A stretch of DNA of 64,000 nucleotides from an uncultured Mycoplasmatota bacterium (GTDB lineage Bacteria > Bacillota_I > Bacilli_A > RF39 > UBA660): positions 23,038-87,037 of the forward strand of contig USDJ01000004.1 of assembly GCA_900553395.1 (NCBI GenBank). The letters are read 5' to 3'. The position numbers were made by a program, and so were the translations under genes. This document shows, piece after piece, positions 8,535-17,145 of this stretch; positions within the stretch are counted from its first letter, which is position 1, and each line of letters begins with the position of its first letter. The notes under the pieces are model-generated. The model was not told the DNA's origin. It saw only the letters and a program-made list of their open reading frames with translations, and searched no databases.

Positions 8535-9738
8535 AAATTGTTCTTTTTAAATTAATTCCATCGTTAAAATTGCATCTTTCTGTACAATTATACCCAGGGA
8601 AAGTACATCTTGCACCATATGTATATTTTTTAATATCACTAGCTAAAGGACTTCCTGATTCTTCTAAAGATTTTAAATATCTTAAAAGTGTTTCTCTTGT
8701 TTGTTGCATTGTTTCAAGTTGAGCACCAGAACATAATCTCTCATAACATTTTAAAATAAAGTTGTCATAGTTACCTGATTCCCATATCTCAACCATTTCG
8801 CCTTGTGGAGTAAGTTCTCTAACACTTTCCATATCCTTAAGCCATTCACTAATTAAAAATAAATCATCCGTAATAATTGGTGGAACATAATATTCTTTAC
8901 TATCTAACATTTCTAATTTATAATCTAATGTTCTATGTCTTTGTGCTTGGGCATACTGAGCAAAAGATCCCTTGTATAGAGTTGAATAAACATCGCCAAA
9001 ATGTTCTTCTTTACTACTTAAATCTTTACCAAATAAAGATAATGATCTACCCTTTTCATTTTTCATTAATCTATCATCTAAAACATTTATATTGTCCAAA
9101 GCTTCTACAAATTCTTTCATGAAACCTGCTAACTTCTTGTCAAAATCAGTTGACACTGTAGTTTCAACACTTTTTATATATTTTAGCATCCATGAAGCTA
9201 TATAATTAATTTGCCTTAATGATGTAGAATATATCATATGTGTAGGCATAAAAACAGTTACTAAATATCTCGCATTTTCTTGAGCTAATTTCTCTATCCT
9301 AGAATCAGAAAGTTGAGTGCCATAGATATCTTTAATCTTTATTCTAAATATTTTAAGCCACTTATTATAAAGCTCTTCCTCTAATCCAGTTATTATTGAA
9401 CCTTCCTTTTTCACAACTTTTGTATACCTTGCGGATTTTTCACTTGTTGAGTACTGACCTTCATTATTTAATACCATAGCTAATATTTTTGGTATATTCA
9501 TAATATTTAAACTAATCTGTACATGATCATATACACTATGATGGCCATTATTTATTGTTCTAGAAACTCTCCTCATAGTTTTTTCTTCTGGCTCTTTATC
9601 TATATGATTAAAACCCTCTTCATCATAACAAACTCCTGCAATTTTACCAGATAATTTAATTGCGCTATCCCTATCAAAAGTATTATCTCCATTTAAAAAT
9701 ACTTGATTAGGCATAATTTCTATTCTAATTTTTTCCAT
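8533..9738 (-). CDS. ThyX-like (FAD-dependent thymidylate synthase family) protein, divergent 401-aa form
   Basis: NNGHHSVYDHV (cf. GHxSxxEH), YSTSEKSARYTKV (cf. SxxxxSxRY, but without RHR), ENARYLVTV...SLRQINY, and in the second half AQAQRHRTLDY and SGAQLETMQQ. The C-terminus has CTFPGYNCTERC. The assignment is motif-level only. Confidence 0.55.
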   Translation of the reverse strand: MEKIRIEIMPNQVFLNGDNTFDRDSAIKLSGKIAGVCYDEEGFNHIDKEPEEKTMRRVSRTINNGHHSVYDHVQISLNIMNIPKILAMVLNNEGQYSTSEKSARYTKVVKKEGSIITGLEEELYNKWLKIFRIKIKDIYGTQLSDSRIEKLAQENARYLVTVFMPTHMIYSTSLRQINYIASWMLKYIKSVETTVSTDFDKKLAGFMKEFVEALDNINVLDDRLMKNEKGRSLSLFGKDLSSKEEHFGDVYSTLYKGSFAQYAQAQRHRTLDYKLEMLDSKEYYVPPIITDDLFLISEWLKDMESVRELTPQGEMVEIWESGNYDNFILKCYERLCSGAQLETMQQTRETLLRYLKSLEESGSPLASDIKKYTYGARCTFPGYNCTERCNFNDGINLKRTI

Positions 9739-9827
9739 ATTAATTTAACCTCCTTACCCCACAAGCTTATTATATCACAAAGCAAAGCTTTTCTATATAA
9801 TTAATTAGGAAGACCAAAGAATTTTTT

Positions 9828-10808
9828 TTATATATCTATCCTATATATCTTTACTTTTTCAACGCCATCCATATAGTATAGAGGATCCGATTCAGGAACA
9901 TTACCAAAATAAACCATTTCTCCACCATTATTAATTATAACTTTTTGAGATATTTCATTTGAAGGAATAGTAGATATATAGATATCTTTACTAGAAACTG
10001 ATTTATTTCCTTTAACTAATAATTTTAATAGACCTAGTGCTCTAGACGCATAATGATTATTTCTAAAATCTTTATTTATACGATATCCAACATTTCCATC
10101 ATATAAAGATTCTTCTGACGCATTGTAATTAAAAAATATGAATCCGACTTTTTCTTTAGTTTCATTTAAAATAATATCTAAATAAGCTTCATCGCTCAAA
10201 TCAATATCATCACATTTTCTATATCTCCAAGAAAGAGTTACAACACCATCACTTATAACAGGAAAAAACTTATCCTGGCTAACTAAGTTAGTAGCTTGAT
10301 ATATTCTATTTAATCTTAAGAATCTCTCAATATTTGGAACATTTTCTAAGCGACATAATAACTGACTAATTATACCTAATGCATCCTTTTTCTCTAAAGA
10401 AAAGTTTTCATTTCGAGAAGGATAATGTTTTATAGCTTTAGTAACATTGTTTGAATCAAATAAATGCATCGAAACACTAAAAGATTTACTTATTGGATTT
10501 ACCTTAAATGATATATCCCTTGTATCTAATCCTATCTTTCTTTCCAAAATTGCTATATCATCATCGCTTATAGCTATATAGTAAGTAATTCCATTATTAT
10601 TTATAATATATACTTTTTGAGCTCTTATAAGCCCTAATGACTCTTTACTATCACTTTTTAATAGTGATCCCATTGGGATATTAAGCCTATATTTGCTTAG
10701 TTCCTCAAAAGTACATTCTCTAAAAATCTTAACTACTTTAAAATTATTTTTCTCTTCTACTTCTAAAACGGGTTTATATTGTTTATTATTGCTATCTATA
10801 AACTGCAT
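9828..10808 (-). CDS. Hypothetical protein with C-terminal GNAT-like acetyltransferase region
   Basis: The C-terminal segment VGFIFFNY...GNVGYRINKDFRNNHYASRALGLLKLL resembles the RimJ/RimL-type GNAT motif A. The N-terminal ~200 aa are unrecognised. An RBS GGAGGGG precedes the ATG. Confidence 0.5.
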   Translation of the reverse strand: MQFIDSNNKQYKPVLEVEEKNNFKVVKIFRECTFEELSKYRLNIPMGSLLKSDSKESLGLIRAQKVYIINNNGITYYIAISDDDIAILERKIGLDTRDISFKVNPISKSFSVSMHLFDSNNVTKAIKHYPSRNENFSLEKKDALGIISQLLCRLENVPNIERFLRLNRIYQATNLVSQDKFFPVISDGVVTLSWRYRKCDDIDLSDEAYLDIILNETKEKVGFIFFNYNASEESLYDGNVGYRINKDFRNNHYASRALGLLKLLVKGNKSVSSKDIYISTIPSNEISQKVIINNGGEMVYFGNVPESDPLYYMDGVEKVKIYRIDI

Positions 10809-10933
10809 AAAATCCCCTCCTCAATAAATAGGCTATTATTATATCACATTTATTTAAAAATTAAAAATTTAAACACTCCTAATATTTTTTTATAAAAGTA
10901 ATTGCGTATAGTTTAATGTTTTAATTATACATA

Positions 10934-10960
10934 CAAAAAAGCTACTATTATAAGTAGCTT
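10934..10960 (-). terminator. Intrinsic terminator after gpmI
   Basis: Stem AAGCTACT/AGTAGCTT followed by T6-7 on the minus strand, directly after the stop at 10962. Confidence 0.65.
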
Positions 10961-10961
10961 T

Positions 10962-12470
10962 CTATTTAATTAATGATTCTCCAGTCATATCAACAGGAAC
11001 TGGGACATTCAATAATTGAAGCAGGGTTGGAGCTATATCAGCAAGCTTTCCATTATTTTTTAAATCAATAGATTCTTTTGTTACTATAAAAGGTACTTTA
11101 TTAGTCGTATGCGTAGTACACGGAGTACCATCTTCATTAATCATAATATCACAATTTCCATGATCTGCAGTAACTACTAAAATGCCTTTTTTCTCTTCTA
11201 CTTTTTTATACAATCTACTAATACATTTATCTAAGAACTCAACTGCTGCTTTAGCTGCATCATAATTTCCAGTATGTCCTACCATGTCGCCATTAGCATA
11301 ATTCAAAACTACAAAATCTAAATAATCTTTATCGAGTTCAACAAGTAATTTTTCAGTAACTTCTTCGGCAGACATTTCTGGTTTTAAATCATAAGTAGCT
11401 ACTTTAGGAGAAGGAACTAGTATTCGCTTAGAATTTTTTAAATCAAGTTCTACTCCACCGTCAAAAAAATAAGTAACGTGTGCATATTTTTCTGTTTCTG
11501 CAATACGTAATTGATTAAGACCTAGATCGTCTAAATATTTACCCAAAGTGTTATTAAGTTTTTCTATTTCAAAAGCTATAGTACCTTTTACACTATCTGT
11601 AATTGGCATCATAGACACTAATTTTACATTTTCAAGTTTAACAGTATCCATATCTACTAATTGTGGATTTGTAATAGCTGTAAACATTTCTCTCAATCTA
11701 TCGGGTCGGTAATTAAACACAATAACACCATCATTATTTTCTAACTTTCCATTTGCTAAAACAGATGGTTTTATAAATTCATCAGTAATACCTTCGCCAT
11801 ATTGGCTATCGAATAATTCTTCACATGATGAATACTTTTCACCTATTCCCCTAACTATAGCATCGTAGGCAAGTTTAATTCTATCATAATTATTATCTCT
11901 ATCCATAGCATAATATCTACCTGAAATAGTGGTAATAGTACCAAGTTTGTTTTCTGTTATCTTATTTTCCAATTGCTTTACAAAATCTTTACCACTGTGA
12001 ACATCACTATCACGCCCATCTGTAAACAAATGAAAATAAACTTCATTAACTCCTTCTTTTTTACACATATCTACTAAGGCTAATAAATGATTAATATGCG
12101 AATGAATTCCTCCATTACTTATTAATCCCATTATGTGAAGTTTAGAATTGTTATCTTGTGAATGATGAATAACTTTTAATATACTTTCATTCTTATAAAA
12201 ATTCTCGGTTTCTATAGCATGATTGATTAATTCTAGAGGTTGATAAACAATGCGCCCTGCTCCTATGTTAATATGCCCAACCTCGGAATTACCCATTTGA
12301 CCGTTTGGTAAACCAACCAATTTTCCAGAAGCCTCTAAGCTTGTATGAGGATATTTATTAACTAAATAATCATAACAAGGCTTATAAGCATTCTTAAATG
12401 CATTACCATTTGTTTCTTCTCTTAAGCCACATCCATCTAATATACATAAAACTACTGGTTGTTTCATCAT
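10962..12470 (-). CDS. gpmI: 2,3-bisphosphoglycerate-independent phosphoglycerate mutase
   Basis: VVLCILDGCG, GNSEVGHINIGAGR, TDGRD, ADHGN and a ~500 aa length are all typical of iPGM. Confidence 0.95.
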   Translation of the reverse strand: MMKQPVVLCILDGCGLREETNGNAFKNAYKPCYDYLVNKYPHTSLEASGKLVGLPNGQMGNSEVGHINIGAGRIVYQPLELINHAIETENFYKNESILKVIHHSQDNNSKLHIMGLISNGGIHSHINHLLALVDMCKKEGVNEVYFHLFTDGRDSDVHSGKDFVKQLENKITENKLGTITTISGRYYAMDRDNNYDRIKLAYDAIVRGIGEKYSSCEELFDSQYGEGITDEFIKPSVLANGKLENNDGVIVFNYRPDRLREMFTAITNPQLVDMDTVKLENVKLVSMMPITDSVKGTIAFEIEKLNNTLGKYLDDLGLNQLRIAETEKYAHVTYFFDGGVELDLKNSKRILVPSPKVATYDLKPEMSAEEVTEKLLVELDKDYLDFVVLNYANGDMVGHTGNYDAAKAAVEFLDKCISRLYKKVEEKKGILVVTADHGNCDIMINEDGTPCTTHTTNKVPFIVTKESIDLKNNGKLADIAPTLLQLLNVPVPVDMTGESLIK

Positions 12471-12621
12471 ATCCCTCTTTTCAAAAACATTGTACCATAA
12501 AAATAATCAAATAAACAATAAATTGCTCTATAAATAAATACACTATACAACAATTTGATAGTTTAATATTTAAAATTTATTTTAGATAATTTAAGCTTAA
12601 TATAAAAATATCATTTGTGTC

Positions 12622-14037
12622 TTAATTTTGAACTTCTTCTAAACTTTTTTTATAAATATTATAATTTTCTTTTAATTTATTTATATTTTCTTTAGAAGCA
12701 TAGACTTTAAAACTATACACTTCATTATTAACTTCAACTATCTTATATTTATTTAAATTTGAGATAAAATTATCGAATATCTTTTTAGCGCTTGAATCAT
12801 ACGAAAAACTTATTTCACCATTTCTATAAATGTGACTTTTTACATCAACTAATTTATTAGTTCTTATATCAATCTCTATATTATCAATACTTTTTTCAAT
12901 ATATTCAATCTCATAATCAAAATGATCGTCAGCTATAAATAAGTTATCTTTAAAGTCTACTACTATTTTATTTGTCTTAATATCTTTACTATTTTTATCT
13001 ATAGTAACATAATCAAATTTTAAGCTTCCAATAAATATTAATCCAATACTTACTCCTAAAACAATTAGTGAAATTATAAACGTCCATATCATTTTTGGCT
13101 TATCATTTTTTCTATTAAAAATAAAATTTAATAATAATATTATAATAACTATGTCTAAAGTTGCGGTAGATAATATTGATAAGAAAATTCCTACAAAGAA
13201 TATACCAGTCTTACTTATTATAAATGAAGCTACAAAACAGGCTAATAGTCCTATCAATCCTGAACACAATAATCCTAATATAATTAAAGCAAAACATTTC
13301 ACTCCAAAGATAAAAATCTTAAAAATTGAATGAACAAATCTATATTCTGAATTCTTTGGATCTCTAATAATTATTTTATTTTCATTACTTCTAAATAATA
13401 TTTTACTATCTTCGCTATCTTTATTATGTTCCACTTTTTCTTTTAAATCAGATGGTTCTTCTCTTAATGTCTCACTTTTTATTTTCAAATAATAATCAAG
13501 GTACCTAGTTTTAAAAACATGAACAATTATTCCAACAAAGACTATTATACAAAACAATATATATATTGCATTTAGTATATCAACAACAAAATAATGTACT
13601 CCATCTGGAAAATGTGTCAAAATCCCACCAAATGTACTCATTAACACATAACCTAACATCTTACTCAAAATAAACAATATAATAATAATAAAAACTTGTT
13701 CAAATATACACTTTATTTTATTTTCAAAACTCATACTATGAAATAAATTAATAGTATCTGTTACAAAGTTAAGAAAACTATCAATTATTTTATTAAGATT
13801 ATTCTTTGAAATTTCATTTTCTTTAACTTCCCTAATATTCTTATTTAGTAAATCATCAATATTTAGTTCAAATCTATTACATAATTGTATTATTTTATCC
13901 ATCTCTGGATATGCTGTGCCTGATTCCCATTTTGAAATAGCTTGTCTTGATACTCCTAATTCTTCTGCCAACTGTTCTTGTGAAAGATTATTATCTTTTC
14001 TAATTTTTTTTAGATTTTCTGATAAATTATTTTTCAT
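12622..14037 (-). CDS. XRE-family HTH protein fused to a polytopic membrane region and a C-terminal extracytoplasmic domain
   Basis: N-terminal HTH_3 (LSQEQLAEELGVSRQAISKWESGTAYPEMDKIIQL). Several long hydrophobic segments follow, then a ~140-aa hydrophilic tail. Confidence 0.8.
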   Translation of the reverse strand: MKNNLSENLKKIRKDNNLSQEQLAEELGVSRQAISKWESGTAYPEMDKIIQLCNRFELNIDDLLNKNIREVKENEISKNNLNKIIDSFLNFVTDTINLFHSMSFENKIKCIFEQVFIIIILFILSKMLGYVLMSTFGGILTHFPDGVHYFVVDILNAIYILFCIIVFVGIIVHVFKTRYLDYYLKIKSETLREEPSDLKEKVEHNKDSEDSKILFRSNENKIIIRDPKNSEYRFVHSIFKIFIFGVKCFALIILGLLCSGLIGLLACFVASFIISKTGIFFVGIFLSILSTATLDIVIIILLLNFIFNRKNDKPKMIWTFIISLIVLGVSIGLIFIGSLKFDYVTIDKNSKDIKTNKIVVDFKDNLFIADDHFDYEIEYIEKSIDNIEIDIRTNKLVDVKSHIYRNGEISFSYDSSAKKIFDNFISNLNKYKIVEVNNEVYSFKVYASKENINKLKENYNIYKKSLEEVQN

Positions 14038-14221
14038 AATTTTTTCTCCTTTCTAAGACAATTGTATATTTTCTATTGGTTGCGAACAACCAACTTTTAG
14101 TTGTTTTTTGTAAAATATTAGTTGCTTTATTTAATTTTATCACAAAAAACACATTTTAACCATTTAAGAAATTTATTTATAATGATATTATCACATGAGA
14201 TTAATCTTAATGATTCTATGT

Positions 14222-14260
14222 ATAAAAAAATAGTACTTAATCTGTAATAGATTAAGTACT
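14222..14260 (-). terminator. Intrinsic terminator (minus strand) with no gene directly upstream
   Basis: Perfect 12-bp stem AGTACTTAATCT/AGATTAAGTACT with loop GTAAT, followed on the minus strand by T7. It may be the ancestral ssrA-region terminator. Confidence 0.5.
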
Positions 14261-14405
14261 CAGTCTAAATTAAGTATACTTTAAATTTGGAATTAATATT
14301 TAGCATTAAAGAAGTAAATATTTCCCTTTTTAATATGTGAGAATTTTCTTATATTCTAACAATATTATGAAAAAACTTTTTACAAGTTTCTTTCTTTATA
14401 TTAAA

Positions 14406-14452
14406 CTCGAAAAGTTCTATTATCAATCAATTTGGTGTCCTTTTGGTGGAAG
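14406..14452 (-). repeat. Degenerate duplicate of the tmRNA 3' end plus terminator region (att-like scar, distal end of islet)
   Basis: Minus strand here reads CTTCCACCAAAAGGACACCAAATTGATTGATAATAGAACTTTTCGAG. At the ssrA 3' end it reads GCTCCACCAAATTGATAGGAAACTCGAACTTTTATAAATTCGAG. The two share an exact 12-mer CACCAAATTGAT (14426-14437 = 17209-17220), plus the GAACTTTT and TCGAG blocks. Confidence 0.5.
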
Positions 14453-14529
14453 TACAACAACCACTAGACATAAATTTATAGGTAATAATAACTACTAACT
14501 AATCAAATTATATCGCAGTATTTACAAAG

Positions 14530-14559
14530 TTGACTAAAAAATGTAAAATTTTACATTAT
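14530..14559 (+). promoter_or_regulatory. Candidate promoter with a perfect 16-bp palindrome for the islet operon
   Basis: TTGACT (14530-14535), then ATGTAAAATTTTACAT (14541-14556, perfect palindrome) overlapping CATTAT. A second extended -10, TGTGATATTAT, lies at 14581-14591. Confidence 0.4.
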
Positions 14560-14623
14560 TTTGATATTGTACCATATTTTTGTGATATTATATTATTATA
14601 TTATAGGATAGGAGTTGATTATA

Positions 14624-15184
14624 ATGTCAATAGAACAAGCATTGGAAGAATTAAAAAAATATGCACATGATTTTGCAAACGTTGGAGATGCAAAACAAGC
14701 AATTCAAAATAATAAGGATGATTTTTTACACAAGTGGACAAAAGTAATGCAATTTTATAAATACATTATCGAGAATGTTAAAAGTATGAGTGATGAATGG
14801 TTTATGGCTGTTGATATATTAAGTGATGTATCAGTAGATAATCCTAGTTTAGAAGAATGGGTACAACAAATCATTGAACCAAAACATGAAAAAACTCAAA
14901 CACAGTCCAAAAACAATGCAAGCATTAATACTGCAACAATATCAGGTCCAATTGAATCTTTAATATCAGAAGTTAATAATATGCAAAGTTGGGACCCAGA
15001 CTATATTGGAGATATAGAATTGCAATTACAGGAATTTCAAAAAATATTAATCTCAAATCAAAGTTCATTTGATTCAAATGTTTATCAAAGTTTAATAAAT
15101 GATATAAATGCAGCATTAAATAAAATTAATAGATTTAATAATATGCTTAATTCTGAAACCATGGAAGGTATAAAAAGAATGTAG
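14624..15184 (+). CDS. Hypothetical protein (islet cargo 1, ~186 aa)
   Basis: The ATG at 14624 is 9 nt after GGAG. The track start (TTG at 14615) has no spacing to that SD. The protein looks helical and soluble, and I recognise no family. Confidence 0.6.
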   Translation: MSIEQALEELKKYAHDFANVGDAKQAIQNNKDDFLHKWTKVMQFYKYIIENVKSMSDEWFMAVDILSDVSVDNPSLEEWVQQIIEPKHEKTQTQSKNNASINTATISGPIESLISEVNNMQSWDPDYIGDIELQLQEFQKILISNQSSFDSNVYQSLINDINAALNKINRFNNMLNSETMEGIKRM

Positions 15185-15192
15185 GTGAAACA

Positions 15193-15696
15193 ATGGAAAG
15201 TTTAGATTATCTAAGAATACAATTAAGAGACGCAAAAGAAGAATTAGAAAAAATAACAATTAAAAAACATGGCTCGGTTCCTTGGAATCCTGGTGTTTTA
15301 GACCAACATAAATCCGAATCATTAGAATACGAAGAATATACTGATGTAAGTAAGGCGTATAGATTAAAAGAAAGAATAGTTAACTTAGAAAATCAGATTA
15401 AAACTTATGCCCAAAGAGCACAAGTAGAACGAGAAAAGGGACAGGCAATTAAAGATAGTCAAATACCAAGATATGAATATACTTCTGTAGGTAAAACTCA
15501 AACATCTACAAATCCAGCAATTGCTGCAAGATATAATGCACAGCAAAGATTATTTGGTATGAACAAATTAAAACAATCCATTATGACTTTATCAGGTCAG
15601 AAAAGAAAATTTAAAAAATTATGGGTTAAAGCAAATACAACAAATGAAAAAACTCAAGAACAGGTTGCTTTTGAATTAAATAAAATGTTTAGGTGA
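15193..15696 (+). CDS. Hypothetical protein (islet cargo 2, 167 aa, basic C-terminus)
   Basis: SD AGGTGAAA precedes the start, 8 nt after the previous stop. The N-terminus looks coiled-coil. I recognise no family. Confidence 0.6.
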   Translation: MESLDYLRIQLRDAKEELEKITIKKHGSVPWNPGVLDQHKSESLEYEEYTDVSKAYRLKERIVNLENQIKTYAQRAQVEREKGQAIKDSQIPRYEYTSVGKTQTSTNPAIAARYNAQQRLFGMNKLKQSIMTLSGQKRKFKKLWVKANTTNEKTQEQVAFELNKMFR

Positions 15697-15700
15697 AATT

Positions 15701-15997
15701 ATGAATGAAGATATAAATGAGTATATGGTATTTTTTAAAGAACAGACATTAAAAGAAAAGCAAAGTATCATTTATGAACAATTACAAATGTTGACTGCGT
15801 TTTCTAATAATTTATGTAAAGAATTAAATATACAAAATGAACCAATATTAAATAGAGAACTATTAGATTTAAAACAAAAAGAATATACTGAAGATGATTT
15901 TGCAGAAGCCATAATTGTATTGATTAACTCAATACAAAATTCAATATGTGATTATTCTAATGGAATTTCAGATCTACTTGATAAAATTAATAATTGA
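15701..15997 (+). CDS. Hypothetical protein (islet cargo 3, 98 aa, acidic)
   Basis: SD AGGTGAAA overlaps the previous stop, leaving a 4-nt gap. I recognise no family. Confidence 0.55.
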   Translation: MNEDINEYMVFFKEQTLKEKQSIIYEQLQMLTAFSNNLCKELNIQNEPILNRELLDLKQKEYTEDDFAEAIIVLINSIQNSICDYSNGISDLLDKINN

Positions 15998-16141
15998 ATG
16001 AAAAAACGGTCCATTTTGTTTGTAAGTAAATGTACGTTAGATTTTTATAGATTTATTTTTGAAAATAAAAACATAATTTTGCTTGGTTTTATGCCTTGCT
16101 AAAATTATATTTAAAAGGGTTTCAAAAGTGAGTTTCCCTTT

Positions 16142-16180
16142 GCACACCGTTATTGGCTTTGCCAATAGCGTAGTGTGTTA
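16142..16180 (+). other. oriT-like inverted repeat with MOBV (pMV158-type) nick motif
   Basis: GCACACCGTTATTGGCTTTGCCAATAGCGTAGTGTGTTA. The arms are CACAC/GTGTG and TTATTGGC/GCCAATA(g). The 3' part, TAGTGTGTTA, matches the pMV158 oriT nick region as I recall it (GTATAGTGTG/TTATAC). Confidence 0.45.
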
Positions 16181-16205
16181 CTAAAATGGAATTTTAATTT
16201 TATTG

Positions 16206-16227
16206 AACGAGCTGTAGCTCGTTTTTT
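16206..16227 (+). terminator. Intrinsic terminator of the islet plus-strand transcript
   Basis: Stem AACGAGC/GCTCGTT with loop TGTA, then T6. It overlaps the stop of the converging relaxase remnant. Confidence 0.6.
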
Positions 16228-17116
16228 AAATGTTTAAATCCTTATCATCATATTCATAATTTTTTGTATATAAATAATCATTTATTTCTTCATCTTTTGA
16301 TGTGTTATCTGCTATATCGTGTAAATCAAAATTATCATATAAATCTTGTTTGTAGTATTCTTTTATTTCTGATATTACTTCATTTTTATCTTTTTCAGTT
16401 CTTATTTTAAGTAGTCTATGAAAGAACTTTTTTAAGGTTTGTAAAATATTGTATAGTAAGTTATGTAATATATTATTTTTTCTTTGTTGTTTTTCATTTT
16501 GATATTCTAGTTTTCTAACTTCAACTTGAATATTTCTTCTTTCATTTTCTAAATCTTTATAACTTTTAGTATAATCAGTAAGTTCTTTAAATAATGCTTG
16601 ATTATTTGGCATATCTTTTATAACTCTTTTTGATGTATTCATAAAATTATTTAATGTATCATAAGTATCTTGATCAATCTTAACTTCTTTACCTGTAATT
16701 GTTGGTTTAGAAGTTTTTAGTTTTTCTTCTAGTTCTTCAAAATCTCTAGTCATTAAATAATTTTGCTTTTCTAATCTATTTTCTAGTTTTTTTAGTAATC
16801 TTTTTAAATTTTTTTATAGAAATATGCTCGTTATCACTGTTTTTAATGCCACTTTCTAGGTCAAAAACATTATCTATTAGTCTTTGATAGTATTTATCTT
16901 GAAGTGTGCTTAAATGGGCTTTATCTTTGATATATTGTTTTTTAGAAATAGTATATTTTTCAGTGTTTGTTCTTTTATCATAGTAATATTTGTATTTTTA
17001 ATACTTTTGATATTTCCATTTATGATTGCGTATTTTACATTAGCAAACCTACAAACCATTTCAACCTTTCTTTTTAGTTCTTTACTTATTACAAGTTCTT
17101 TAGTTTCTATTGTCAT
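16226..17116 (-). pseudogene. MOBV-family (Mob/Pre, plasmid recombination enzyme) relaxase remnant, frameshifted and internally deleted
   Basis: There are three consecutive reading-frame pieces. (1) 17116-16910: ...EMVCRFANVKYAIINGNIKSIKNTN (cf. the MSYxVxRxxKxK...HNER N-terminus, with the His lost). (2) about 16904-16776: TLQDKYYQRLIDNVFDLESGIKNSDNEHISIKKFKK (cf. MobM/Pre LQxxxPxxMxxxGFELxRGxxxSxxxHxxxxxFKK). (3) The 175-aa coiled-coil tail: KPTITGKEVKIDQDTYDTLNN.... The frames change at A7/A5 runs. The HxDE..PHxH core is missing. Confidence 0.55.
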
Positions 17117-17145
17117 AACTCAATCACTTTCCTTTGTTAAATAAC

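Noticed and set aside
14367-14498. A 43-aa ORF (MKKLFTSFFLYIKLEKFYYQSIWCPFGGSTTTTRHKFIGNNNY) crossing the att-like scar.
   Set aside because: It has no SD, and it spans the duplicated tmRNA-end sequence, so the open frame is probably fortuitous.
16914-17144. A 76-aa hydrophobic plus-strand ORF in the islet.
   Set aside because: It is the shadow of the relaxase remnant on the opposite strand. It has no SD, and its Phe/Ile-rich product reflects the A-rich sense strand.
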